Assembly: GCF_004010195.1 (NCBI RefSeq)
Contig: NC_057719.1
Span: 69,502,401 to 69,566,400 of the forward strand
Direction: 5' to 3'
Source of the DNA: Chiloscyllium plagiosum
Lineage: Eukaryota
Length of the DNA: 64,000 nt
The position numbers were made by a program, and so were the translations under genes. The notes under the pieces were generated by a model. It ran no database searches. It was not told the DNA's origin and saw nothing but the letters and a program-made list of their open reading frames with translations. Below are positions 12,823 to 25,990 of the stretch, in pieces; within the stretch, counting starts at the first letter, position 1, and the number at the start of each line of letters is the position of its first letter.

Positions 12823-13542
12823 TTAATACTCAAACCTGAACTGGTTCCTAGCACAGAAACACCTGATATTTGAATTGATCATCGTTGTTTTCAAATACCT
12901 CAAATCTTGTTCTTCCCCATCTATAATTTCCTGCAAATTGTACAACCTACCGAGTACTCCTCCTTTTTTAAATTCTCACTTCTTACATATCCGACTAGCT
13001 TTGATCCTCTGCTAGTGGCCATGCTTTCAGTGTTCCAGAATCTAGAGTCTGGAATTTCCTTTCAATACCTGTCCACCTCTACCGTTTTTTTTAAAAAAAA
13101 AAACACTTTCTTTTAATACAGTTCTTAAAATTTACCACTTTGGTTAAGCTTTTGGTCACCTGCTACACTATCCTTATGTAGCTTGCTGTCAAATTTTTTT
13201 CTGATAAGATTTCTGCAGAGTGCTTTGGGCTATCACACTGCATTAAACTCGCTATTGAAATGCCAGCTGTTGTTGCTGTTCAGACACCCGAAAAAGTAAC
13301 AGCCATCATAGCAGTCAAAACACAGCAATACTCTCAGCTCTGGTTAATAAGATCTCTCCATGGTTACAATGGTACTCTCATTAATGACTAAAAACTAATC
13401 ACAACACCTGGACTTCTCATTTATTCCAGTTTAGAACTGAAAAGACATGAAACACCTGTTCTGCACTTGAAGTGATAACTATATTATGCCAGGGAGGGGA
13501 TAAATGGTCTTGCAGCACTAATAACACTGGAATAAACTGTTT

Positions 13543-14378
13543 AGTCACAGATGTACAGCACAGAAACAGACTCTTTGGTCCAACTCGTCCATGCCGACCA
13601 GGTATTCCAACCCAATCTAGTCCCACCTGCCAGCACCTGACCCAATTCCCTCCAAACCCTTCCTATTCATATACCCATCCAGATGCCTTTTAAAATGTTA
13701 CAGCCTCCACCACTTCCCTCTGGCAGCTCATTCCATACACATACCACCCTCTGCATGAAAAAGTTGTCCCTTAGGTCTCTTTTATATCTTTCCCCTCTCA
13801 CTCTAAACCTATGCCCTCTAGTTCTGGACTTCCCCACCCCAGGGAAAAGACTTTGTCTATTTATCCTATCCATGCCCCTCATGACTTTATAATCCTTGAT
13901 AAGGTCTCCCCTCAGCCTCCGATGCTCTAGGGAAAACAGCCCTAGCATATTCAATCTCTCCCTACAGCTCAAATTCTCCAACCCTGGCAACATCCTTGCA
14001 AATCTTTTCTGAACCCTTTCAAGTTTCACAACATCTTTCCGATAGGAAGGAGACCAGAACTGGACACAATATTCCAACAGTGGCCTAACCAATGTCCTGT
14101 ACAGCCACAACATGACCTCCCATCTGCTGTACTCAATACTCTGACCAATAAAGAAAGCATATCAAATGCCGCCTTCACTATCCTATGAACCTGCACTCCC
14201 ATGTCTCTTTGTTCAGCAATACTTCCCAGGACCTTACCATTAAGTGTATAAGTTCTGCCAAGATTTGCTTTCCCAAAATGCAGCATCTCACATTTATACA
14301 AGTTAAACTCTATCTGCCACTTCTCAGCCCACTGGCCCATCTGATCAAGATCCTGTTGTAATCGGAGGTAACCTTCTT
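13543..14378 (-). mobile_element. CR1 LINE 3' fragment
   Basis: ORFs 13667-14113 and 14026-14397 encode the CR1 RT C-terminus; CR1 3' UTR present. Confidence 0.92.
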
Positions 14379-15201
14379 TGTTGTGTAGTATTATCAATTT
14401 AGAAATTGAAAGAATGTGAAATACATGAACAGTTAATTAAAAACATGCAGTTTGTCTAAGTAATTATGCTGGAAGATACATGACATAGGATTCACAGCGA
14501 ACAGGCCATTCAGCCCAATGGTCCATACTGGTGCTCAGGGTTCACATGAGCCTCTCCCACCCTACAGGTACAAGTTTCACCTCTATCCCTGATATGCATA
14601 TCTCACACCCCATTGAATGAATGAGTTATGCTATATTCCTTAACTACTCCATGTTTCACATTCTAAGCACGTCAGGTGAAGCGTTTTGCCGAAATTCCTT
14701 ACTGGGTATATTGGTGGCTTTTCAGATTGTCAACCCTCGCTTTCAACTTCTCTTCCACAAGTGAAAACATCTTCTCTATGTTGACCTGATCAAAGCCATT
14801 CAAACTTCTGAAGTCTTTCATTTAAACATTTTCTGCTTGTCCCAGCATGGTTAATCTCTTTTTGTTGCCTTGCCTTCTTGAAAATTCACACCAAGATTTA
14901 TTTTTAAAAAAAGATTAAGGGTAGCACTGGATTGATGATTTTTCATTTGTATTTGTGTACATTGTATAAACATGGCAGCTCCACGAAACAAATTATTCAA
15001 AATTTTAACACTTGCGAAAATATTCCATCCTTCAATTTCCCCACACAGCACTTTCATATTTGCAAAAAACTTTCATGCAAATCCAGTTTAACACCAACAC
15101 TAATTAGCACTTCATTTGAAAGAAAATTGCTGTTAAATTATTGCATAAAGCTTAATTCAAGCTTTTTTTAAAAAATCAATTATATATAGTCTGTTTCTTA
15201 C

Positions 15202-15390
15202 TTCTGGGACAGAATGTTATATTTTGATGCCAATGAAAATGATCTCCAGATGAGAGATTTGCCATTATCAATTTCTGCCTCAAGATGCCAACTGGGCCAG
15301 GTCCACAAATCAAGCATGATTTCCATCATCTAGCAACTTTGCATGACAGAAGAGTTATAGTACAGTGATTTGCCAACATAGTCACTCACA
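15202..15390 (-). other. Candidate 189-nt exon (5' leader or small ORF) of the minus-strand transcript
   Basis: Acceptor tcctttattttcag|TG at 15391/15390 and donor GAA|GTAAGA at 15202/15201; unique sequence. Confidence 0.45.
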
Positions 15391-15527
15391 CTGAAAATAA
15401 AGGACATATTACCACAAATCCAACTACTGAATGAATACAACCTTTTCTCTTAAAAAAAGAGTCTAGAATCACTCAACTCAATGTGATGGTCAGTGATAAA
15501 ATCCTCCCAGTGACAAAATTTTGTCAC

Positions 15528-15582
15528 CTGCATCAAGTTGGATACAAACTCCAGTAATCATTGCAACAGCGCTGCAGAAATC
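15528..15582 (-). other. Candidate 55-nt exon
   Basis: Strong acceptor gtgttcttttcttcag|GA at 15583/15582; donor CAG|GTGACA at 15528/15527. Confidence 0.35.
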
Positions 15583-16419
15583 CTGAAGAAAAGAACACAG
15601 AATTGCAACCAAAACTTGTCACTGAGAACTTGGCCTACTGCAGTGACTTAGAGAGCTAAATTACAGCCTGAACATAAACTGGAAAATGCCATATGTCAAA
15701 ATCGCTTGAATAACAGAAATAAGCCAACAGGTATTTCTTAACCCGATAAGAATCATTTTAATTAATAGAATTTATGGCTACTATAAATCCCAATGTAATA
15801 TCACACTGCACGTGCATACTCAAAGTATACAAGGCAAATTTCACACAATTGTGCTTGAATTATTTATCAATGTCATGTACAAAGGCTAAATTTGAAATTG
15901 GATTATGAAATTATACTAGAGTGGCAGAATGCAAGGTTTATAAGGGCAAATAGGAGGCAAGACTCTGTAAGACAAAGTGATAAGCTTTCAGTGCCAGCAG
16001 CTCACAAATTAACAGGTATTCAGAACATACGCAAGAGTTATTGTGAGCTCAGTGTAAATAGACTGTCATACTTTGCTATCAAACTCTCCACATCAACAGG
16101 GGGAATGTCAACATTTATCCAATCACTTGCTCTTTCAATTAATTTAAAAGCAAAACTTGAGACTTCCTTTCAAAAGCATTTTTTTTTAAAAAGATAAACA
16201 TCACCAGTTACCAAATCTGAAACCGATATCGCAAGTATGGAAAGAGATAGGAAGGATGGAACTGTTGGTTGCAGAAGGAATCAGTGTTAACATTATGTAA
16301 TTTTATATCTTTGCACACAATATCATGGCAAATTCTAATGCTGGATTATAATCTTGTTCATAATCCTGAACAAACCAGAGATACATTTGTCACGCCACTT
16401 TACTTCATTATTGGCCTTC

Positions 16420-17270
16420 TAGAATGTTACAGTGCAAAAGGAGGAAATTTAGCCTATGCCTGCAATGGCTCTCCAAATGTGCATGACTTAGGACTACATT
16501 CCCTCCCTTCTACCATAAACCTGCCCACTTAAATAGAAATAATCTAATGCCTCAAATGAACGTACCTCCACCACACCTCCAGACTTGAACCACTTATATA
16601 AAACAATTTCTTCTCATATTTACTCATTTTGTAAATCACTAAATTGGAGCCCTCTTCTTCTCGAGTCATGTAAAGCCAGAGTTCCAAGACGGATGCCTGG
16701 AAATTTCCATTACAAATCTTCCTCCAAACTTAACTATATCCATTAACCGTTGCTCCTTGTCACTTAGCCAATTCTGTCTTGACATACTGCTGGCCCCTTT
16801 ATTCCACAAGCTATACATTTTCTCAAGTGAGTTGTCCAGAAATGTATCAAATATCTTTTGGACATCTATGTATGCTACATTAACAGCATTTCCCTCAGCC
16901 ACCCTCTTAGTTCATGCCAATTAAACATTGCTTCCAATTAAGAAATCTAGGCTTGCTCTCCTTAATTGACCCACATTCATTTATTAGCACATTAATTCTA
17001 TCCCAAATTATTGAAGTCATTAAACATTTCCCTCTCTCTGAAGAGAAAATGACCAATCTATAATTGCTGGGCTTTCCATACGCTTCTGAACAAAGCATCA
17101 GTTTGTAATCTTCCAGTCCTCTGGCACCACACCAATTTCCAAGAAAACTTGAACTATTATGGCCAATATTTCCACAATTTCGATTCTCACTTCTCTCAGC
17201 ATCATTGCATGCATCTCATCTGGTCCAGGGGTCTGATCAACTCAAAATACCAACAGCTATCCAAAACAAC
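16420..17270 (-). mobile_element. Older, decayed CR1 RT fragment
   Basis: ORF 16666-16902 EGNAVNVAYIDVQKIFD..NWLSDKEQR and ORF 16907-17098 PSNYRLV. Confidence 0.7.
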
Positions 17271-20200
17271 TTAGAGTCATAGAGACGTACAACACGGAAA
17301 TAGACCCTTCTGTCCAACTCGTCCATGCCGACCAGATATCCTAACCCACTCTAGTCCCATATCCCTCTAAACCCTTCATAAAAAATATACCTATCCAGAT
17401 GCCTTTTAAATCCTGTAATTGTACCAACCTCCGCCACTTCGTCTAACAACTATTTCCATACTCGCACCACCATTTGCATGAAACTTCTGCCCCTTAGGAC
17501 TCTTCTATATCTTGCCCCTTGCACCCTAAACCTATGCTCTCCAATTCTGGATCCCCCACCCTAGGGAAAATACTTTGTCTATTTATCCTATCCATGCCCC
17601 TCATGATTTTATAATCCTTGATAAGGTCTCCCCTCAGCCTCCGACGCTCCAGGGAAAACAGCTCCAGTCTATGCAGCCTCTCCCTATAGCTCAAATCCTC
17701 CAACCCTGGTAACATCCTTGTAAATCTTTTCTGAACCTTTTCAAGTTTCAAAACATCCTTCCGATAGGCAGGGAGACTAGAACTGTACGCAATAATCCAA
17801 AAGTGGTGTAAACAGTGTCCTGTACAGCTGCAACATGACCTCCCAACTCCTATACTCAATGCTCTGACCCAGTAAAGGAAAGCATACCAACACCTTCTTC
17901 ACTATCCTATCTACCGGCAACTCCACTTTCAAGGAACTATGAACCTGCACTCCAAGGTCTTTGTTCAGCAACATTCCTTACCATTAAGTGTACAAGTCCT
18001 GCCCTGTTTTGCTTTTCCAAAATGCATCACCTCATTTATCTAAATTAACCTCCATCTGCCACTCCTCAGCCCAATGGCCCATCTGATCAAGATCCTGTTG
18101 TACTCTAAAGGTAACATTCTTCACTGTCCACTCCACCTCCAATTTTGGTGTAATCTGCAAAATTACTAACTATACCTATGTTCATATCCAAATCATTTAT
18201 ATAAATGATGAAAAGCAGTGGATCCAGCACTGATCCTTGTGGCACTCCACTGGTCACAGGCCTCCAGTCTGAAAAGCAACCCACCACCACCACCCTGTCT
18301 TCTACCTTTGAGCCAGTTCTGTATCCAAATGGCTAGCTCTCTCTGTATTCCATGAGATCTAAGCTGGCTAACCAGTCTCCCACGGGGAACCTTGTCAAAC
18401 GTCCATATACATCACATCCACCACTCTGCCCTCATCAATCCTCTTTGTTACTTCTTCAAAAAACTCAAGTCTGAGAGACATAATTCTCACGCATAAAGCC
18501 ACGCTGACTATCCCTAATCAGTCATTTTCTTTCCAAATACATATAAATCCCTCAGGATTCCTTCCAATGACTTCCCCGGTCTGTAGTTCCCTGGTTTTTC
18601 CTCACCACCTTTCTTAAATAGCCAAAAAAAAAATTAGCCAACCTCCAGTCTTCCAGCACCTTACCTGTGACTATCGATCATCCAAGTATCTCAGCAAAGG
18701 ACCCAGTAATCACTTCCCTAGCTTCCCACAGAATTCAAGAGTACACCTGATCAGATCCTGGGGATTTATCCACTTCTGCATTTCAAGACATCCAACATCA
18801 CTTCATCTGTAATATGGACCTTTTTCAAGATGTCACCATCTATTCCCCAACATTCTATATATTCAATGTCCTTCTCCACAGTAAACACTGAGCTAAAATA
18901 CTCTTAGTATCTCCCTCATGTCCTGCGGCTCCACATATAGGCTGCCTTGCTGATCACTGAGGGGCTGTATTCACTCCCTCGTATTTACAAAAACCCTATG
19001 GATTCTCCTTAACCCTATTTGCCAAAGTTATTTCATGTCTCCTTTTTGCCCTCCTGATTTCCCTCATAAGCATGCTCTTACTGCCTATATACACTATGGC
19101 TTCTCTCGATCTTCCTGTCATACCAGACATATGCTTCCTTCTTTCTCTTAAACAAAACCTCAATTTCTCTAGTCATTCGGCATTCCCTACAGCTACTAGC
19201 CTTTCCTTTCACCCTAACAGGAATATACTGTCTCTGGACTCATCTCATTTTTGAAGGCTTCCCATTTTCCAGTTGGCCCGTTACCTGCGAACAACTGCCC
19301 CTTTTGAAAGTTCTTGCCTAATACCATCAAAATTGGCCTTCCTCCAATTTAGAACTTCAACTTTTAGATCTGGTCTATCCTTTTCCATCACTACTTTAAA
19401 ACTAATAGAATTATGGTCACTGACCCTAGAGTGCTCCCCCACTGACATCTCAGTCATCTGCCCTGCCTAATTTCCCAAGAGTAGGTCAAGTTTTGCACCT
19501 TCTCTCATAGGTACATCCACGTACTGAATCAGAAAATGTTCTTGTACACACTTCACTAAATCCTCTCCATCTAAACCCTTAACACTATGGCAGTCCATGT
19601 TTGGAAAGTTAAAATCCCCTACCATAACCACCCTATTATACTTATAACAGATCTCCTTATAAATTTGCTTCTCAATTTTCCTCTGACTATTAGGGGGTCT
19701 ATAAAACAATCCCAATAAAGTGATCATCCCTTTCTTATTTCTCAGATCCTCCCAAATAACTTCCCTGGATGTAATTCCGTGAATATCCTCCTGCAGTACA
19801 GCAGTAATGCTATCCCTCATCAAAAACACACTTTCCCCCTCCTGTTTTGCCTCCCTTTCTGTCCTTCTTTTTGCATTTGCAAACAAACATTAAGCTGCCG
19901 GTCCTGTCCATCCCTGAGCCATGTTTCTGTAATTGCTATGATATCCCAGCCCCATGTTTTTAACCACATCTTCTGCATTCCCTGTTCGGCCTCTTGCATT
20001 GTAGTTTATCAGTCCTACTTTGTCCTCTGCTTTGTTCCTGCCTGCCTTGACCGTTTGACTCACTCCCTTTCCCAAATGTATCTCAGATTGATCTCTTTTC
20101 TCACTACCTCCATGGGTCCTACCCACCCACCTGATGAGTTTAAATCCTCCCTAGCAGCTCTCGCAAATCTTCCTGTGGTTATATTAGCCCCTTTCCAATT

Positions 20201-21309
20201 CAGGGGCAATCTGTCCATCTCGTACAGCTCACTTCTACCCCAGAAGAAATTCCAATGATCCAAAAATATGAACCCTCCTCCGATGCACCAGCTCCTCAGC
20301 CATACATTCATCTGCTCAATCCTTGTATTCCTACCCTCATGAGCCTGTAGCACCAGGAGCAATCCAGATATTACCACCCTCGAGGACCTCTTTTAAAAAT
20401 TCCTGCTGAACTCTCAATATTCTCCCTTCAGAATCTCATCCTTTTCCCTTCCTATGTCATGAGTTCAAATATGTACAATAACCTCATCACCTCAGGAGAT
20501 CTCCCACCCACAGTTTCCAACCTCATAGTCGGGAACCCTGCACTGCCCGGTTCTACCTCCTTCCCAAGATCCACAAGCCTGACCACCCTGGCCGACCAAT
20601 TGTCTCATCATGCTCCTGCCCCACTGAACTCACCTCTACCTAGCTTGACACTGTCCTACCCCCCTTAGTCCAGGAACTTCCCACATACGTTAGAGACACC
20701 ACCCATGCCCTCCACCTCCTCCAAGACTTCCGTTTCCCCGGCCTCCAACGCCTCATCTTCACCATGAACATCCAATCCCTCTACACCTCCATCCGCCATG
20801 ACCAGGGCCTCCAAACCCTCCTTTTCTTCTTCTCCCGACGTCCCCAACAGTACCCTTCCACCGACACTCATTCGTTTGACTGAACTGGTTCTCACCCGCA
20901 ACAATTTCTCCTTCGAATCCTCCCACTTCCTCCAGACCAAAGGGGTAGCCATGGGCACCCGTATGGGCCCCAGCTATCCCTGCCTTTTTGTTGGCTACGT
21001 AGAACAGTCGATCTTCCGTAGTTACACCGGCACCACTCCCCACCTCTTCCTCCACTACGTTGATGACTGCATTGGCGCCACCTCGTGCTCCCGCGAGGGG
21101 GTTGAGCAATTCATCAACTTCACCAACACATTCCACCCTGACCTTAAATTTACCTGGACCATCTCTGACACCTCCCTCCCCTTCCTGGACCTCTCCATCT
21201 CCATCAGTGACGACCGACTTGACACTGACATCTTCTACAAACCCACCGACTCCCACAGCTACCTGGATTACACCTCTTCCCACCCTACCTCCTGCAAAAA
21301 TGCCATCCC

Positions 21310-22186
21310 NNNNNNNNNNNNNNNNNNNNNNNNNNNNNNNNNNNNNNNNNNNNNNNNNNNNNNNNNNNNNNNNNNNNNNNNNNNNNNNNNNNNNNNNNNN
21401 NNNNNNNNNNNNNNNNNNNNNNNNNNNNNNNNNNNNNNNNNNNNNNNNNNNNNNNNNNNNNNNNNNNNNNNNNNNNNNNNNNNNNNNNNNNNNNNNNNNN
21501 NNNNNNNNNNNNNNNNNNNNNNNNNNNNNNNNNNNNNNNNNNNNNNNNNNNNNNNNNNNNNNNNNNNNNNNNNNNNNNNNNNNNNNNNNNNNNNNNNNNN
21601 NNNNNNNNNNNNNNNNNNNNNNNNNNNNNNNNNNNNNNNNNNNNNNNNNNNNNNNNNNNNNNNNNNNNNNNNNNNNNNNNNNNNNNNNNNNNNNNNNNNN
21701 NNNNNNNNNNNNNNNNNNNNNNNNNNNNNNNNNNNNNNNNNNNNNNNNNNNNNNNNNNNNNNNNNNNNNNNNNNNNNNNNNNNNNNNNNNNNNNNNNNNN
21801 NNNNNNNNNNNNNNNNNNNNNNNNNNNNNNNNNNNNNNNNNNNNNNNNNNNNNNNNNNNNNNNNNNNNNNNNNNNNNNNNNNNNNNNNNNNNNNNNNNNN
21901 NNNNNNNNNNNNNNNNNNNNNNNNNNNNNNNNNNNNNNNNNNNNNNNNNNNNNNNNNNNNNNNNNNNNNNNNNNNNNNNNNNNNNNNNNNNNNNNNNNNN
22001 NNNNNNNNNNNNNNNNNNNNNNNNNNNNNNNNNNNNNNNNNNNNNNNNNNNNNNNNNNNNNNNNNNNNNNNNNNNNNNNNNNNNNNNNNNNNNNNNNNNN
22101 NNNNNNNNNNNNNNNNNNNNNNNNNNNNNNNNNNNNNNNNNNNNNNNNNNNNNNNNNNNNNNNNNNNNNNNNNNNNNNNNNNNNNN
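21310..22186. other. Assembly gap (N run)
   Basis: Run of n within the PLE. Confidence 0.99.
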
Positions 22187-22361
22187 GAACTCTGTCCCCA
22201 TGACTTGTCCTACCTGCCTATCTTCCTTTCCACCTATTCACTCCACCCTCCTCCCTGACCTATCACTTCCATCTCCACCCCCATTCACCTATTGTACTCT
22301 ATGCTACTTTCTCCCCACCCTCCTCTCATTTATCTCTCCACCCTGCAGGCACTCCGCCTCT

Positions 22362-22397
22362 ATTCCTGATGAAGGGCTTTTGCCTGAAGCGTCGATT
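22362..22397 (+). ncRNA. Hammerhead motif, degenerate
   Basis: ATTC CTGATGA A GGGC-TTTT-GCCT GAAGC GTC GATT; GAAA is changed to GAAG. Confidence 0.6.
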
Positions 22398-22719
22398 TTC
22401 CTGCTCCTCGAATGCTGCCTGAACTGCTGTGCTTTTCCAGCACCACTTTAATCTAGAATCTGGTTTCCAGCATCTGCAGCCCTTGTTTTTGTTTTTACCC
22501 ACAATGACGTCCTGCTGGGCCCTCTCCCCTTTAAGAATATTCTGCACCCGCTGAGACATCCTTGATCATAGCACCATGGAGGCAACACACCATTCTGATT
22601 TTTCACTGCTGGTCACAGAAGTGTCTATCTGTGCCTCTGACTAGGAAGAGTCCCCTATCACAATCAATTGCTTGGAACTTTCTTAACAATTATACACATG
22701 TTTATTTCAGATAGAAACT

Positions 22720-22830
22720 TTCCACCCTACCAACCTTCACATAAACCAAATCATTCGCCGACATTTCCGCCACCTCCAAACGGACCCCACCACCTGGGAT
22801 ATACATTTCCCTCCCCACCTTTCACTGAGA
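22720..22830 (+). mobile_element. Small PLE internal fragment (RT to GIY-YIG linker)
   Basis: ATCATTCGCCGACATTTCCGCCACCTCCAAACGGACCCCACC encodes IIRRHFRHLQTDPT, followed by FPSPP. Confidence 0.65.
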
Positions 22831-22979
22831 TTAAGCTCAAACCCAGGTCAATATGATAAAAGCTGACTGTGCTAATACAATGACTTTGCCCCAGTGGTGC
22901 AAGAAAGAAATTTCTCACTTGATTTTCTCATGACTCCCTCGAGTAGTGCACTAGAACTCAAGCCCCAATAGTCCCAGAA

Positions 22980-24470
22980 CTGATCAGAGATCAGGACCAC
23001 CATGTTCCAGTAAGGAGGAAGGACAAGTTAGGCAAGGGATAATGAGGGAGATTATGAATTCAGTCAAAAAGAAAATAAAACACACATATACAAAAATTTA
23101 GAAAGCAAAAATCAAACAGGGCCTGAGATGAATAGAAAGAAAGCAGGAAAGAACTCAAGAAATTAGGAGAGCAATGAAGGGCCATGAAATGTCTTTGACG
23201 AGTAGGGTTAAAGAGAATCCAAAAGCATTTCATACATATATTAAAAGCAAGAGGATAACTAGGGAGAAGGTAGGACTGCTCAAGAATAAAGGAGTGAACT
23301 TGTGCTTGGAGGCGAGGACATGGGCACGATCCTAAATGAGTATTTTGAGTCAGTATTCACTAACAACATGGAGGATAGAGAGATTATTGTGGGGTATGCT
23401 AATATGCTAGGACATTTTGAAATCAAAAAAGTAGTATTAAGTCTCTTGACAAGCACTGAAGTGCACAGGTCCTCAGGGCCCAATGGGATCTACCCGAGGT
23501 TATTGAGACAGGCAAGACAAGAGATTGCTGGGGCCTTGATCAAAACCCGTGTCTTGGTCAGAGTCATACAGCATGGAAACAGACCCTTCATTCCAAGTCG
23601 AACATAATCTCAAACTAAACTATTCCCACCTGCTTGCTCCTGGCCCATATCCCTCCAAACCATTCCTTTTCATTGTATTCTCTCTAGCCACTAAAGAAGT
23701 CCTTGAGGACTGGCAAGGAACTAAAGTTATTCCTCTGTTCAAGAAGGGAAATAGGAATAATACAGGAAATTATAGATTGGTGAGTCTCTCAGTGGTTGGG
23801 AATTTTTTGGAGAGAGTTCTTAAAAGTTCTTAGGGATAGAATTTACATGCATTTAGAAAAGCATGGCCTAACTAGGCACACAGTCAGAATGGTTGTGCAG
23901 GACAGGTCATGTTTTACTAACTTGATTGAATTTTGAGGTGACAATAAAGGTGATCGATGAAGGTACAGCATTGGATGTTGTTTACATGGATTTTAGTAAA
24001 GCTTTTGTTAAAGTGCCACATGGCAGGCTTACCCAGAAGATTAAGATTCATGGTGACTTGGTCATTTAGATTCAGAATTGGCTTGACCACAGAATGGTAG
24101 TGGTGGAAGAGTGGTGGAGGTCTATGACTACTGGTCTTCCATACGGATCCATACTGGGACCTCTGCTGCTTGTGATATAAATAAATGACTTGGATGAAAA
24201 CTTATATGGATGAGTTAGTAAGTCTGCAGATGATACAAGATCATTAGTGTTGTGGATAGTGTAGAAAGTTGTCAAAGGATACAGTGGGATATAGATCAGT
24301 TGCAGATATGGGCTGAGAAATGACAGATGAAGTTTAATCTGGCTAAGCACTGAAGCACAGATTGATCTTAGGGTTCAAGTTCATAGCTCCCTGAAAGTGG
24401 CCACACAAGTAGATAGGGCGGTCAAGGCAGTGTATGGCATACTTGTCTTTATTGGTCAAGGCAAAAAAAC
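22980..24470 (+). mobile_element. Older CR1 ORF2 fragment with a nested minus-strand CR1 3' tail (about 23558-23671)
   Basis: ILNEYFESVFT, SGPNGIYPRLL, PLFKKGNRNNTGNYRLVSL, DVVYMDFSKAF; nested GAGTCATACAGCATGGAAACAGACCCTTC tail. Confidence 0.85.
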
Positions 24471-25539
24471 CTATTTTTTTCAGTCCATAGTCCAAGCCAA
24501 AAAAAAAAACCTGGCCCCCTACAAATTCAGAAGTGTTTACAATAAGTTTACAGAAATGTTTTAGCCATAAATTGAGAACTTGCACAATGAAGTGTGGAAT
24601 ATTTGTCACAGGTCTCGAAATTACACTCATTTGGTATATTTATGGTAAAGATATTTGCAGAACAATTTTCTATTGTCAGAACATTGCTACAATTTTTCAT
24701 CTCCTGTCTCTCAGGTTAAGAATTTTCAGATGAATCAATTTTTAAAATGACTTTCTTCCCCTTGCTTGTTAACAAAAATGCCTCAATTGCCTGGTAAGGC
24801 CCATTATTCACAAAACAACCCCAAAACCCATTGTCATTCTCTGAATGTCTGCCCAGTGTTAGTCTCAAAATGAGAAAGATTGTATTCATCCCATTGCAAT
24901 TAAGAGACCAAAGCTAGTTATGTAACAAATCCAAGTGCACAAATTATGATCAAATAACAACCCACACTAAAAATCACCCAGCATATGTTACAATTCTCCA
25001 CAAAGATTTACTTGACCACAAAATATTCTAAATGGACAATCCTGTTTCCAACTGAATTATTGCAGTTACAGCACAAGAAATATTATTTGTTTACATCAGA
25101 ATGCCGGTGTTCGATTATGCATTCTACTAACAAGTTTACATCAGGAATGCACAGTTGAGAGATTACTCCAGAGTCAAACCCAAATTACCAGGCAGATTTC
25201 CCCTCACCATAAATTGCCTGCATTGAACAGTTATACCGGTACACTACTTGCGCATTCCAGCTCTTCGGCTGGTTCTACATGTAAATAAAGCTTCTCTGTA
25301 AACTAATATTAATGACTGCCAGCACCATCATCTGCCCATATTTTATTTTCAAATGCCCACTTTACTGCTTCAAGGCTTCAAGCTTTAATCAAACAACTTG
25401 CATAAATTCATCATAGCATCGATTGCCTGATAAACTAACATTTCATTTCAATTTAACATTCTTGCAGATTAGGCCCCAAAAATAGATACACGACTGCCGA
25501 GTCAAAATATTAAAGTTATTGTGCAAGATACTGTGATGA

Positions 25540-25990
25540 TTCACTGAATCGGTGCGTAGGATGACCAAGTTGTTCTATGGTGACAGATTCAGTATGCTGA
25601 GCCGATAGAATTCCTCAAAAATCCACAGAATAAGTGCTCTCATTGAATCACACAAGGGTAGATGTAGAGATTGTTTCGAGTGGTCAGAGAATCTAAAACA
25701 CAGGGGCAGAGTCTTAGGATAAATATGCCAATCATTTAAGACTGAGGTGATAAATCTACAGTCATGGAACTTGGGAATTATCTACTTCAGAGGATTCCAT
25801 CGTTAAATATGTGCGAGGCTAAAATAGACAGATACTTTGGTTGCTCAGGAAACCAAGGGATATGAGAAAGGAGACATGAAGCCAAAGATCAGACATGATT
25901 GAAAGGTTGACCTTAACTGATCAACTGAACGATGTTTTAGGTTTCCTTTGTTGACAAGTCAATCATAGCACTTGCTGTCCTACTGCTCCT
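25540..25990 (+). mobile_element. Highly decayed CR1-like 3' end
   Basis: GAATCTAAAACACAGGGGCAGAGTCT (SKTQGQSL, cf. SRTRGHSL) and GAGGCTAAAATAGACAGAT; tail CCTACTGCTCCT. Confidence 0.55.

Larger units (their letters stand above)
20475..22495 (+). mobile_element. Penelope-like element, 5'-truncated: RT, gap, 3' UTR with terminal hammerhead
   Basis: FYLLPKIHKP..PGRPIVS, QTKGVAMGTRMGP, HYVDD, LPFLD, IFYKPTDSHSYLDYTSSHP; frameshifts and a stop; pyrimidine-rich 3' region; the GIY-YIG region would fall in the gap. Confidence 0.92.
17274..22680 (-). mobile_element. Long CR1 LINE (ORF1 esterase part, APE, RT, 3' UTR), interrupted by a PLE at about 20475-22495
   Basis: RT motifs (17494-18293); APE LFYRPPN/VMVGDFNFP/LDLLL (19467-19886); ORF1 SGNH-esterase-like NVWLRSWC..GFIFLDHW (20060-20377); CR1-like sequence resumes at about 22496. 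Confidence 0.9.

Noticed and set aside
20759..22451. ORFs of 460-486 aa (and the 302-aa ORF at 11432)
   Set aside because: Length is an artefact of translating through N gaps; the real parts are PLE or CR1 RT fragments.
25533..25600. C/D-box snoRNA-like pattern (GTGATGA...CTGA)
   Set aside because: Lies in a decayed CR1 3' region, is antisense to the presumed host transcript and has no terminal stem.
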